Positions 21,522 to 31,158 are shown, numbered from the stretch's first letter. The stretch: DNA of 64,000 nucleotides from Poseidonia sp. (GCA_016779705.1 JADHNB010000001.1:1434-65433); one strand, 5' to 3'. Numbers and translations: made by a program. The notes: generated by a model not told the origin, from the letters alone.

Positions 21522-22396
21522 GTCCGTTGGAAGCGTTGGGTGTGGGCTTTGGCGCCTTGGGGTTGCTCGTTGGCATGCGCCTTTTCTACGTCTGGCGAAC
21601 CCGCATCCGACCCCTTCAACCCTCCTTGGATTTGGAGTGGGCGGTGGATTGCGAGCACCTCACCACCGCCACGGTCGACGGCAACGACATCACGTTTCAC
21701 ATGGTACGAGATTTCACGTGGCGGACCACGCGTGACCGTGACGAAAACTGGGCCGAGTCGGTCCATGTCCGCCTTGATGAATTGAAGGACGTGTGGTTCA
21801 TCGTCGACCACTTTCATGCGTTGAAAGGCCTCGCTCACACCTACCTCACCTTTGAATTCGAAGACGGAACTTGCTTGTCCTTCTCCTTCGAGACCCGGCG
21901 TGAAAAAGGCGAGCGATACCATCCTTGGGACGGGTTGTGGCGAGCCTACGAACTCTACTTGCTGGTCGGCTTCGAGCGCGACGTCACCGGTTTGCGGACC
22001 CACGGTCGCAGAAACAAGGATTACATGTTCAGGGCCATCACCCCTCCTGGCAAGGACAAGGACTTGCTCATGGGGCTGATCGGCAAGCTGAATCAACTCG
22101 CCGTCGAGCCCGAGTGGTACCATTCCTTGCTGACGACTTGCAACACCTCCATTGTTCGCATTGTCAATCAGGTCACCCCGGGACGCATCCCGTTCCTCTG
22201 GCGAAATTTCTTACCGGGCTACACCCCAAAAGCGGCGTTCAAACTGAAACTGATCGAGGATTGGGGCGGTCTTGAACAAACCCTCGCTTCAGCCAGAATC
22301 GACGAACGCGCTCAGGCATGGGACGGGGAAGAGGATTACTCCGCTATGCTTCGCTCCTTCCTTCCGTCATCGCCGAAGAGCGAGGATGCACCATAA
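21518..22396 (+). CDS. Membrane-anchored DUF4105-like protein
   Basis: N-terminal TM (LGVGFGALGLLVGMRLFYVW), then a region resembling DUF4105 (LTFEFEDGTCLSFSFETRREKGERYHPWDGLWRAYELYLLVGFERDV). ATGA overlap with the upstream gene. Family assignment is from memory, not a search. Confidence 0.4.
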   Translation: MSPLEALGVGFGALGLLVGMRLFYVWRTRIRPLQPSLDLEWAVDCEHLTTATVDGNDITFHMVRDFTWRTTRDRDENWAESVHVRLDELKDVWFIVDHFHALKGLAHTYLTFEFEDGTCLSFSFETRREKGERYHPWDGLWRAYELYLLVGFERDVTGLRTHGRRNKDYMFRAITPPGKDKDLLMGLIGKLNQLAVEPEWYHSLLTTCNTSIVRIVNQVTPGRIPFLWRNFLPGYTPKAAFKLKLIEDWGGLEQTLASARIDERAQAWDGEEDYSAMLRSFLPSSPKSEDAP

Positions 22397-23003
22397 GCAA
22401 ACGGCCTTCGGAGAACTCAACTTCAACCCTGGAGCCCAATGAACGGTTGTGAAGACCGTGCGACCCTGTCTCCAAGGCGGTCTTGTCCATCGGATAGGCA
22501 CACCCCGTGAGGGTGATGTTGTTGGCAAACGGGACGGCGAACAGGGAGAACGTTTGGTGCGGCTCCATCTCTATAGAATAGGCCTCTCCGGGACGAAAAA
22601 ACCGGAAAACATGGGTTGAGGTCAGCGATTGGAGGTCCATCTCCTGTTCTGCGCACACCAGCATGTTAGCCCAAGCGTGTTGCGGGTCACCGTCGTGAAC
22701 ACCGACCAAAACGCCTTTCGAGGCGCCTCTCGCCTTCGCCAGCTTGAGGGCTTTGGAGAGGTCGTTGGTGTTTGGGTCCCTGACCTCCACCACCTCACCC
22801 CCTCCTCGAGCGAAGGTCGCAAGGATCTCGGGCTCCACACTGTCCAGGTCCCCGACCACGGCATCAACGTGAATGCCAAGCTCAACGCACCGGTTGAGGG
22901 CACCGTCGCAAGCCAACGTGAAATCCACCTGGTTTTGCAGTTCTCGAATCGTCGCTGGCTCGCACCATGGGCCGTTGGCGAGGATGAGCCCAACGCGCCC
23001 GGT
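22344..23003 (-). CDS. Thiamine pyrophosphokinase
   Basis: TPK catalytic motifs VVGDLDSV (GDxDS) and DPNTNDLSKAL (DxxxTDxxKAL). Start chosen at the internal Met (MTGRVGLILANG). Confidence 0.6.
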   Translation of the reverse strand, partial: TGRVGLILANGPWCEPATIRELQNQVDFTLACDGALNRCVELGIHVDAVVGDLDSVEPEILATFARGGGEVVEVRDPNTNDLSKALKLAKARGASKGVLVGVHDGDPQHAWANMLVCAEQEMDLQSLTSTHVFRFFRPGEAYSIEMEPHQTFSLFAVPFANNITLTGCAYPMDKTALETGSHGLHNRSLGSRVEVEFSEGRLLMVHPRSSAMTEGRSEA

Positions 23004-23054
23004 CATGCTGAGGCCTAGCCGCACGTCTTTCTCAAGGCAACGGTGAACGCGTCC

Positions 23055-23073
23055 TGACCCCCGTAGGGGGTCA
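23055..23073. promoter_or_regulatory. Perfect GC-rich hairpin/palindrome TGACCCCC-GTA-GGGGGTCA in the divergent region, about 50 nt upstream of the giant gene start.
   Basis: 8-bp inverted repeat with 3-nt loop, read directly. Confidence 0.3.
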
Positions 23074-23121
23074 ACGCCTGAATCAACAATGATTTTCAAG
23101 GTCGGAGGCTGTGAGGCGTCC

Positions 23122-26100
23122 ATGTCGGACGCCGATACGCAATCGTTTCACATCAAAAGCGTTCTGCTGGTGCTTCTGTTTCTGCTGTCCATCGCCAGCC
23201 CAATCGTCCCTGCATACGGGCCGTCTGAGGTCCTCGAGCAAGCCTCTCCATCGGCTCGCATGGCGCCGTTTAACCTCGCTTCTGGCTACGGCCATGAACT
23301 GGCCGGGACGACGGTGACCGTTGACGGCCTCGACAACGCCTTGGTGAGGGAGGAATCGATGTTTGACTACTGGATCACCACCGAACTCAACAACTCCAGC
23401 ACCGAGCATCACGGCACTCCCGACATGAAACTCACCCGGGCTGACATGGAGCACTACTGCTGGTCGACCGAAGAAGGGTCCATCCGAACCGCCATTCACC
23501 GCCCGAATGGGGCATGGAGCACGACCTTGGTTGACACCGTTGCCGCCACGAATACCTCATCGTTGGTTGATTGCGCCATTGCCGTGACGGGGAACGAGCT
23601 TCCTCGGGTGCTTTATGCAGACGGTGCTGACCTGAAAATGGGGCGGTACGCACGCGAGAGCGCCACGTATTACGACGGGCCACGTTGGCACACTCGGACC
23701 ATCATGGAGAATGTTGAGCCAACCCACCTTGAACTTGAAATCACGCCTGAAGGCGTGGAGTGGGGCTTGATGCGCACGGTGGACGGTGCCTTGCACCAAG
23801 TGAACTTCAGCGGGGCGTACTGGACCTCCTTCCTGCTGGATGTTGGCCCCATAGGGGACGATTTCGAATTGGCCATGGATGACAACGGCACCGCTCACGT
23901 TCTCTACACGCGTTCCAACGCCCAAGAAGTCGTGCTCCTGCGCGTCAGCGGCATGGAACGTGACGTCCGGATTCTCGAGCGAAACAGCGACCTGGTGGAC
24001 GCTTTGGGCATGGACCTTGATGCCAATGCCGTCGAGCAAATCGCCACCGCCACGCAAACCGGGCCGTCGTTTTCCATCAACCTCATTCGTTCGCTCGCTG
24101 GGCAAGACGCCGGACGTGTTGACCCCGTCCCCCTGGATGGACGAGAAGGCGTTGAAGATGAAGAAGAAGGTTCGTTGTTGATGGCGGATTTCAACAACGA
24201 CGGCTTTGATGATTTGGCCATCGCCACCCCCACCGCTGACCTCGTTGGTTTTACCGACAACGGCCGAGTGGACGTTTACTTCGGTTCTTCCGCAGGGCTG
24301 AGTGCGACGCCCGATGCCATCCTCGCCGGCGCCAACGACAACGCCCGATTCGGTCAAGGCTTGGATGCCGGGGATTACAACCACGACGGCATCGTTGATT
24401 TGGCCGTTGGCTCCCCTGGTTGGCAACCAACCGGTCAAACCGATCTTCACAACGGCCAGGTGAGCGTTCATCTTGGCGGGCCCTCTGGCCTTCAATCCAC
24501 ACCATGGTGGACCGCGAACGGTTCGGAAAACGAATCGCTAGGGGCTGTCCTGACCACCTTGGAGCGAACCTCAGAAGCCGACGGATTGGCTGCGGCGGCC
24601 CACGGCTACACGCTCGAAGTGAGCGAATCTCAAACCAACGTCGGCAAGGTGGTGCTGTACGGCGGTGGAACCGATGCGATGGCCATGGAGCGAAACCTCA
24701 CTCAATCCAAGTCCGGACCGATGTTTGGCCGCTCGTTGGAAGGCTGCGATATCAACGGTGACGGTTTGGATGAGTTGATCGTGGGCAACACGGGAACTTT
24801 TGCCAGTTCCCTGGGCTATTCGTCGATCGAGTACTACTACGGCAACGCCTCCGGCTACGCAGGAACCCCCGAGCACACGCTTGAATCGCTCTCCCAGGGT
24901 CGTCTGTTTGGCCACAACATCGTCTGCGCTGGCGACCTCAACGGTGACGGGTACAACGAACACCTGTTGACCGAACCGTTCAACAGCACGCAAACCGTGT
25001 TTGGCACCGGTGTCTTGTGGCTCTACAACGGCACCTCCGGTTCGCTCCCTTCCGAAGCGGACTGGAAATACTTCCCCAGCATCGGCAATCAAAAAATCGG
25101 CGAAGCCATTTCACCTGCAGGCGACATCAACGAGGATGGGTACGATGACCTCTACATGAGCAGCCAAATGGGGTCGAAAGCCGGCCGATTGGAGATTTTC
25201 CTCGGTTCAGCTAACGGATTGCGGTCCGACAAACAGTTGCTGGCCGATGGAAACGGGTCCGAACAACTCGGCTTCCGCCTCGCCAGCAACGGCGACCTCA
25301 ACGGCGACGGTTTGAGTGAAGTGGTCTTTTCCCAGAGGACCTTCGAACGAGGCGACGCCTTTGCGCTCAATTACGTGATCCTCTCCGAGCGAGATTGGGA
25401 ATCCATTTCGTTTGAGTACACCGGGTCCATCTCCGCCCTGGACCTCGCCACGGCGGCACGAGGCGAGACCAGCATGGCGTTCGTTCATCAGGACAGCCTC
25501 CGTTCGTACGTTGGAAAACTGGAGCACATGAACGACGGCACTCCCTCCGGTCAATGGGTTCATCAAACCGTTGAACGCACCACCACGTCGAACGTCACCG
25601 TTGAATTTGGCGTTCGTTCCTCGGGCCAACCCTTGGTGGTCGTTGAGGACGACGCTTCGATCCGTTTGCATTCAACCACTTCCATGACCGCCGTCCAACA
25701 AGAGGTGGCGACCACCGGGACCATGGGTCAATTTATCGGTTCGAACGTCAACCAAGATAACGAACAAGTTCTTGCTTACACTTCGGGGGCCGGCAATCAA
25801 ATCTTTGCAACCGAGCAATCTTCAACGGGCTGGTCGACCGATTTGGTGCGGACCAACGCCGCGTTGGCCAACGGCATTGAAGTGCTCTTTGACAGCGCCG
25901 ACGTCCCTCGTTTGGTTTACCGCCACAACACCACGAGCCAACTTGAGATGGCGGTCGGTGGGAGCAGTTGGTCCCTGACGCCCTTGGGCAATGCAGGGGA
26001 CGCCGTTTCGTTGCAACACCCCGCGGTGATGCTTGCCAACGACACCCTCGCCGTGGCCCTCCTCTCCTCCAACGGAAGCGCCACCAACCTTGCCCTGTGG

Positions 26101-29100
26101 ATGCATGACGGCACCGCACTCAGCGAACAAATCATCGCCAACGCCAGCGATGTCGAGGCTGAACTCGGTCTCGCGGTGCTGGCCAACGGCTCATTGCTCG
26201 TGGCTTCGCTGAATCAGTCAGGCGCACTCCGGTTGTATGAACAGTGGCCCGGTGACACCGCTTGGCAAACCCACACCCTCGTTCAGCCCAGCGGCACCAA
26301 CGGGGAGTATCGTCTCGATCTTGAGGGCGGCACAACGCCCGTCTTGGCGGTTCGTGCCAACGCCGTCTCCTCCATCTTGATGCCCAACGGCACCGGCGAG
26401 TGGAAGGCCGTTGCGGAGCGTCCAGCGGCGGCTCACGACGGGGCGTGGGACGTTTTGGTGGTCAACGACCATCTCTTGTTGTTGACCAGTGATGAAAGCA
26501 CCCATCAACTGACCGTGAACACGCTTGAACTCAGCAGCGTTCAGCAAAGTTACTCTCCTTGGATGTCGGCCAAGTTTGGTGACGTCCTCGTCACTCACAA
26601 AGTGGATGCTGCATTCGACACGAACGGCACGGTGCACATGGGGTACTGGGACGAGGTTGACAACGACGCTCTTTTGTTGCGACTTTACGTTGACCAAGAC
26701 CGGGACCTCGTGTTTGACCTGATGGACGACCTGCCCACGGTGGGCAACCAATGGGCGAACAGTGACGGCGACAATTTCGGTGACAACCCGCTGGGGCCGC
26801 TGCCGGACCAATGCCCCACCGTGGCTGGGCTTTCGTCCTACATCATCTTTGGATGCGTTGATTACGACACCGATGGTTTCACCGACAGCATTGACGGATG
26901 CGATTCCCAAGGCGGGACGTCATGGATTGACCGATTTGGATGCGAAGACCTCGACCAAGACGGATGGTCCGACAACGGCGCCACCTACTACGGAGGTGAC
27001 GTGTACAAAGGAAACTGGAAGCAGGCCCTTGATACCGACGGCGACGGCTTCGGCGATAATCACGGCGTTGATTGCTGTTCAACGGTTCTCGACCCCAACG
27101 CTGGACCCGGTGACCTGTTCCCGTACTTGGCCTCCCAATACGCCGATTACGACGGTGACGGGTTCGGTGACAACGACACCGACGCCGTGCACGGAGACTT
27201 CTGTCCCTGGGATTACGGTGAATCGTGGCGAGACCGAAACGGATGTTTGGACTCGGACGGCGACGGTGCAAGCGATCCGTCTGCTGAAGGGACCTTCTTC
27301 GAGTGGAACACCAGCCGAGGGGCGGATGTTTGGCCCTTTGACGCCACACAGTGGAAGGACACGGACGGCGACGGCTACGGTGACAACCAATCGGAGAATG
27401 CGACGTCTCCCGACCGCTTCCCGCAACGCATTGTGGCGGCCAACGACACCGACGGCGACGGCTTCCCGGACAATTGGACCGCCTTTGCCTCGCTCGACGA
27501 TGACGGGGACGGGGTGCAAAACCTCGACGACCGTTGCGTGGATTCCGACGCCGCCTTGGCCATCGACGCCGAGGGCTGCGACACGGACCAAGTGGCCAAC
27601 ACCACGTTCCCGAGAACCTCATACAAAGCCGGGCTTGAACTTGACCAATGCCCCGAAGAATGGGGCAACTCCAGCCTCCCGGTCAAAGGCTGTCTTGATT
27701 CCGACGGTGACGGCTACACCGACCAATACACCTACACGGTGAACGAGACGACGGGGCTGCGAGAAGGCCAAACCGGCGATGCCTTCCCCTTCATCAAATC
27801 GCAAGTTCAAGACACCGACGGTGACGGATTTGGCGACAATCCCGCCGGCGAACAAGGCGACCAGTGTCCCTTTGAACCCGGTGTACTCAACGGCACCGAA
27901 GGGGTCGGCTGCCGCCTCATCGATGTCAACGACGACGATGGCGACGGGGTCATCAACGACGTGGATGTCCTGTGCCCGAACAGTCCGTTGGGCGAGCCGG
28001 TGAACGAGGAGGGTTGTGCTCAATCCGAACTTGACGATGACGATGACGGCGTCAAGAACAACGCCGACCTCTGTGCAAATTCCCCGGTCGCAACAGCCGT
28101 GGACGAGGATGGATGCACCAACGAACAGCGAACCTCCGACTCTGACGGGGACGGATTGAACGACCCTCAAGACCGCTGTCCTGGAACCGAGGCGGGTGCT
28201 GATGTTGATGAGAACGGTTGCTCTCAAGGGCAACGAGACAGCGACGGGGACGGTCTCTCCGACCTTGACGATGCCTGCGACGATACCCCGCCTGGTTTCC
28301 CCATTCTCGCCAACGGTTGCACCGACGAGAGCGCTCTCACCGTCGATCTTGACGGTGATGGATATGCAGGCCTCTACACCTACGACCTCGACCCGGACAC
28401 GGGGCTTCACGTCAATCAAACGGGCGATGCCTTCCCCAGTGACCCCACCCAATGGTTTGACCGGGACGGCGACGGCTACGGTGACAACAGCGATGGTACC
28501 AATGCAGACCATTGCCCCGACGAAAACGGGACGTCCTACATCGATTTCCTGGGTTGTTACGACGACGGTGACGGTTGGAGCGATGCCAATGAACCCGAAG
28601 CCTTGCGAGGCAATCCAACCCAATGGAAAGACACGGATTTCGATGGTTTCGGGGACAATTGGGGCGACCCCGCATGGACGGCCCTGCGAGATCCGTCATG
28701 GCCCGGAGAGTTTGTTGAAGGGGCCACCAACGCCGACTTTTGTCCCAAAACGACCTTTGGCTTGCAAGTCGATGACGAAGGTTGCCATCCCTCCGAACGA
28801 GATTCGGATTTGGACGGCGTGATGGACGATTCCGACAACTGCCCCGACGACCCCAAAGGCGTGGACGGTTACGAAGACGGTTGCCCCTACATTCCTTTAT
28901 CCGGCGACGGCGATGAGGGCCTGTTCGGCGTTGATGCTGGCACGCTCATGGTCATCGCTGGCGGCGGCGTCTTGGGCATCTTGGTCTTGATGTTGGTGGT
29001 GCGCCTTGCGCGGAGGGGAGGTGGTGACGACGAGGACGACGACGATTACGACGACTTTTTCGACGAAGACAACGAAGAAGAGAGTTTCCTCGACACGTTG

Positions 29101-29595
29101 GACGCCAAGCGGGCTGCACCAACCCGGGCTCGTCCATCGGCCAATCAACGGGCTTCTGCCCCCTCCGGTCGCGGCCCCAGCGCCGGGCCCTCAACCCCCG
29201 GACCCGGGGGTCCTCCAAAGCGAAGCGGTGCCGGTCCTCCTCAACGCGGAGCAGGCGGTCCGCCCCAACGTGGCCCCGGAGGCCCACCTCGTTCTTCGGA
29301 TGAACCGCCCCGTCAATCCTCGTCGGCCTCCGCACAAAAAGTTGCGAAGAAGAAGTCCGTGACGGCGGTCGACGAGAGCCCTTCAGCCAAGGTTCGTAAA
29401 GCGAAGATCCAAGTTGACCTCTCCATCTTTGAAGACTGGCAAGCTGACGACCGTGAGTCGGCCGTTGATTGGGTCGTGGGCGCCTTCGGCGACGGTGACG
29501 AAGAGCGTACCGTGCTCATGCAATTGCAAGAAACAGGGTGGACCGCTGAACAATCTCGGGCCATTTGCAACCTTGCGAAGAACAAAGGGGCTTGA
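23122..29595 (+). CDS. Giant cell-surface protein (about 2157 aa). Order of parts: signal peptide, N-terminal region, FG-GAP/integrin-alpha-like beta-propeller repeats, long beta-rich middle, about 25 TSP3-like Ca-binding repeats, TM anchor, acidic plus Pro/Gly-rich cytoplasmic tail.
   Basis: Signal MSDADTQSFHIKSVLLVLLFLLSIASPIVPAYG. FG-GAP motifs (DFNNDGFDDLAIATP, GDYNHDGIVDLAVGSP, CDINGDGLDELIVGN, GDLNGDGYNEHLL, GDINEDGYDDLYMSS, NGDLNGDGLSEVVFSQ). TSP3-like units (DTDGDGFGDN, DSDGDGLNDPQDRCP, etc.). TM LMVIAGGGVLGILVLMLVV. Tail DDEDDDDYDDFFDEDNEEE and PGPGGPPKRSGAGPPQRGAGGPPQRGPGGPP. Confidence 0.8.
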   Translation: MSDADTQSFHIKSVLLVLLFLLSIASPIVPAYGPSEVLEQASPSARMAPFNLASGYGHELAGTTVTVDGLDNALVREESMFDYWITTELNNSSTEHHGTPDMKLTRADMEHYCWSTEEGSIRTAIHRPNGAWSTTLVDTVAATNTSSLVDCAIAVTGNELPRVLYADGADLKMGRYARESATYYDGPRWHTRTIMENVEPTHLELEITPEGVEWGLMRTVDGALHQVNFSGAYWTSFLLDVGPIGDDFELAMDDNGTAHVLYTRSNAQEVVLLRVSGMERDVRILERNSDLVDALGMDLDANAVEQIATATQTGPSFSINLIRSLAGQDAGRVDPVPLDGREGVEDEEEGSLLMADFNNDGFDDLAIATPTADLVGFTDNGRVDVYFGSSAGLSATPDAILAGANDNARFGQGLDAGDYNHDGIVDLAVGSPGWQPTGQTDLHNGQVSVHLGGPSGLQSTPWWTANGSENESLGAVLTTLERTSEADGLAAAAHGYTLEVSESQTNVGKVVLYGGGTDAMAMERNLTQSKSGPMFGRSLEGCDINGDGLDELIVGNTGTFASSLGYSSIEYYYGNASGYAGTPEHTLESLSQGRLFGHNIVCAGDLNGDGYNEHLLTEPFNSTQTVFGTGVLWLYNGTSGSLPSEADWKYFPSIGNQKIGEAISPAGDINEDGYDDLYMSSQMGSKAGRLEIFLGSANGLRSDKQLLADGNGSEQLGFRLASNGDLNGDGLSEVVFSQRTFERGDAFALNYVILSERDWESISFEYTGSISALDLATAARGETSMAFVHQDSLRSYVGKLEHMNDGTPSGQWVHQTVERTTTSNVTVEFGVRSSGQPLVVVEDDASIRLHSTTSMTAVQQEVATTGTMGQFIGSNVNQDNEQVLAYTSGAGNQIFATEQSSTGWSTDLVRTNAALANGIEVLFDSADVPRLVYRHNTTSQLEMAVGGSSWSLTPLGNAGDAVSLQHPAVMLANDTLAVALLSSNGSATNLALWMHDGTALSEQIIANASDVEAELGLAVLANGSLLVASLNQSGALRLYEQWPGDTAWQTHTLVQPSGTNGEYRLDLEGGTTPVLAVRANAVSSILMPNGTGEWKAVAERPAAAHDGAWDVLVVNDHLLLLTSDESTHQLTVNTLELSSVQQSYSPWMSAKFGDVLVTHKVDAAFDTNGTVHMGYWDEVDNDALLLRLYVDQDRDLVFDLMDDLPTVGNQWANSDGDNFGDNPLGPLPDQCPTVAGLSSYIIFGCVDYDTDGFTDSIDGCDSQGGTSWIDRFGCEDLDQDGWSDNGATYYGGDVYKGNWKQALDTDGDGFGDNHGVDCCSTVLDPNAGPGDLFPYLASQYADYDGDGFGDNDTDAVHGDFCPWDYGESWRDRNGCLDSDGDGASDPSAEGTFFEWNTSRGADVWPFDATQWKDTDGDGYGDNQSENATSPDRFPQRIVAANDTDGDGFPDNWTAFASLDDDGDGVQNLDDRCVDSDAALAIDAEGCDTDQVANTTFPRTSYKAGLELDQCPEEWGNSSLPVKGCLDSDGDGYTDQYTYTVNETTGLREGQTGDAFPFIKSQVQDTDGDGFGDNPAGEQGDQCPFEPGVLNGTEGVGCRLIDVNDDDGDGVINDVDVLCPNSPLGEPVNEEGCAQSELDDDDDGVKNNADLCANSPVATAVDEDGCTNEQRTSDSDGDGLNDPQDRCPGTEAGADVDENGCSQGQRDSDGDGLSDLDDACDDTPPGFPILANGCTDESALTVDLDGDGYAGLYTYDLDPDTGLHVNQTGDAFPSDPTQWFDRDGDGYGDNSDGTNADHCPDENGTSYIDFLGCYDDGDGWSDANEPEALRGNPTQWKDTDFDGFGDNWGDPAWTALRDPSWPGEFVEGATNADFCPKTTFGLQVDDEGCHPSERDSDLDGVMDDSDNCPDDPKGVDGYEDGCPYIPLSGDGDEGLFGVDAGTLMVIAGGGVLGILVLMLVVRLARRGGGDDEDDDDYDDFFDEDNEEESFLDTLDAKRAAPTRARPSANQRASAPSGRGPSAGPSTPGPGGPPKRSGAGPPQRGAGGPPQRGPGGPPRSSDEPPRQSSSASAQKVAKKKSVTAVDESPSAKVRKAKIQVDLSIFEDWQADDRESAVDWVVGAFGDGDEERTVLMQLQETGWTAEQSRAICNLAKNKGA

Positions 29596-29652
29596 CAACC
29601 GTCGTGAGGGCTTAAATGACGAGCAGGTTTGGGCGGAAGAGGAGAGAGATGC

Positions 29653-31158
29653 ATGGTGGATGAACCCTCATCAAATTCTCCCACCATTGAAGTCGATGAA
29701 GCCGCGGCTTACTTCGGCGTTACCGAATCCTCCGACGTGCTTCACGCCATGATGGCCATGCCAAGGGAACAAGCCATGATTCAGTTCTTTGAGTTGCTCT
29801 CCGACATCGTTCTTCGCCCCGGTGACTTTGACTTTGAAGCGGCCAGCGAGCGGATGCAATGCGAAGGCGGCGAGATCTACTATCTCGTTGCCGGTCACCT
29901 CGGTCTGATGAGCATGCCCGACCCGATTCTGCAAGCCTTGGGCATGCCCGATTCGAATGGAGAGGCCTCCGGTTCAGCCGTCGGTTCCATGGATGAACAG
30001 CAACGGGAAGCGTTGACGTCGATGGCCGACCCCATGCGGATGATGAAACTCTTCGCCGTGGCCCAGCAAACGGGTGGAAGTGCGGAAGTGCAAACCTACC
30101 TCTCAACCCTTGAAGGCCTCCTTGCCGATGTCGGCTCGTCCATCCCTGCGTTGGCCACGGTCCATCGGGAGTTGGACGCGGCGCTCGATGTCGCCGGTCA
30201 TGTGCTGCCCATCGCTTCGCTGGCCAGCGGTGCAGCTTCCGCAGCTTCGGTTGACGTCCCTGAGACCGTGGCCCTCCCCGAAGCGCCTCCCGAACCTGAA
30301 CCGGAACCTGCGGCAGCGCTGGAAACCACGCCTTCCCCTTCACCGGCCCAAGACCGCGTACCGTTGCCAGGGCAGGCAGCGGTCGCAGCGCCTCCGTCCG
30401 AGGAACCCACGGAATCAATCCCCCTACCCTCCGCTTTGGTGGCCTTACCCGACGTTGCCAAAGAAGCCGAATCCGAACCCGTGATCAACGTGGAGAACGA
30501 CCGGGAAGTGGCCAGAGCCACCCAAGATGCCTTCGCTGGAGCCTTCAGTTCTCAACTTGAACCCAAGCCCGTGGTCCAACCACCTGAACCCCCCGCCGAA
30601 CCCCCTGAAGAGGAAGAGTTCGTCAGCGCCGCCGAGCACTTCATCGCCGCCGATGAAGACGGCAGCGGTGCCTTGGACGTTGAAGAACTCGCCCGTGCGA
30701 CCGGGACCTCCATTGAAGAGGCCACCGAACTCCATGCTCAAGCCGACATCGACGGTGACGGAGTGGTCTCCCTCTCCGAGTTTATCGCCTCACCAGCGGC
30801 GGAGAAGACCGCTGGTCTGCCCAAACCCGTCGCCCCCGTCCGCCGCCCCTTGGGCCAGCCCGGCCAGGCCGCTGCACCACCCAATCCAGTGCAGCAGCGC
30901 CCGCAACCGCTTCAACCGTCATCGCACCCTCCAATGGGTCAGCAACCCATGCAGCCTCAAGGCTGGCAACAACAACCTCTGCAGGATCCTCAAAGCTGGC
31001 AACAACAGCCCATGCAACCCCAGGGTTGGCAGCAACCCCAACGACCGTTGGTCCAGCCCACCATTCGTTCAGGTATCCACTGTCGGGGTTGCGGCATCGG
31101 TTTGGACCCGTATTGGAGATTTTGTCCCGTTTGCGGGCAGCAAAACCTCGGATACTGA
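29653..31158 (+). CDS. Acidic protein with an EF-hand pair, a Pro/Gln-rich low-complexity repeat and a C-terminal zinc ribbon.
   Basis: Canonical EF loops DEDGSGALDVEE and DIDGDGVVSLSE. Repeat QQPMQPQGWQQQPLQDPQSWQQQPMQPQGWQQPQ. Zn ribbon CRGCGIGLDPYWRFCPVCGQ. Start ambiguous (29629 or 29653). Confidence 0.6.
   Translation: MVDEPSSNSPTIEVDEAAAYFGVTESSDVLHAMMAMPREQAMIQFFELLSDIVLRPGDFDFEAASERMQCEGGEIYYLVAGHLGLMSMPDPILQALGMPDSNGEASGSAVGSMDEQQREALTSMADPMRMMKLFAVAQQTGGSAEVQTYLSTLEGLLADVGSSIPALATVHRELDAALDVAGHVLPIASLASGAASAASVDVPETVALPEAPPEPEPEPAAALETTPSPSPAQDRVPLPGQAAVAAPPSEEPTESIPLPSALVALPDVAKEAESEPVINVENDREVARATQDAFAGAFSSQLEPKPVVQPPEPPAEPPEEEEFVSAAEHFIAADEDGSGALDVEELARATGTSIEEATELHAQADIDGDGVVSLSEFIASPAAEKTAGLPKPVAPVRRPLGQPGQAAAPPNPVQQRPQPLQPSSHPPMGQQPMQPQGWQQQPLQDPQSWQQQPMQPQGWQQPQRPLVQPTIRSGIHCRGCGIGLDPYWRFCPVCGQQNLGY

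Noticed and set aside
23557-28623. Several long antisense/off-frame ORFs inside the giant gene (23557-24495, 26218-26910, 26762-27742, 27619-28623)
   Set aside because: Same reasoning: low-complexity translations opposite a gene with strong domain signatures.
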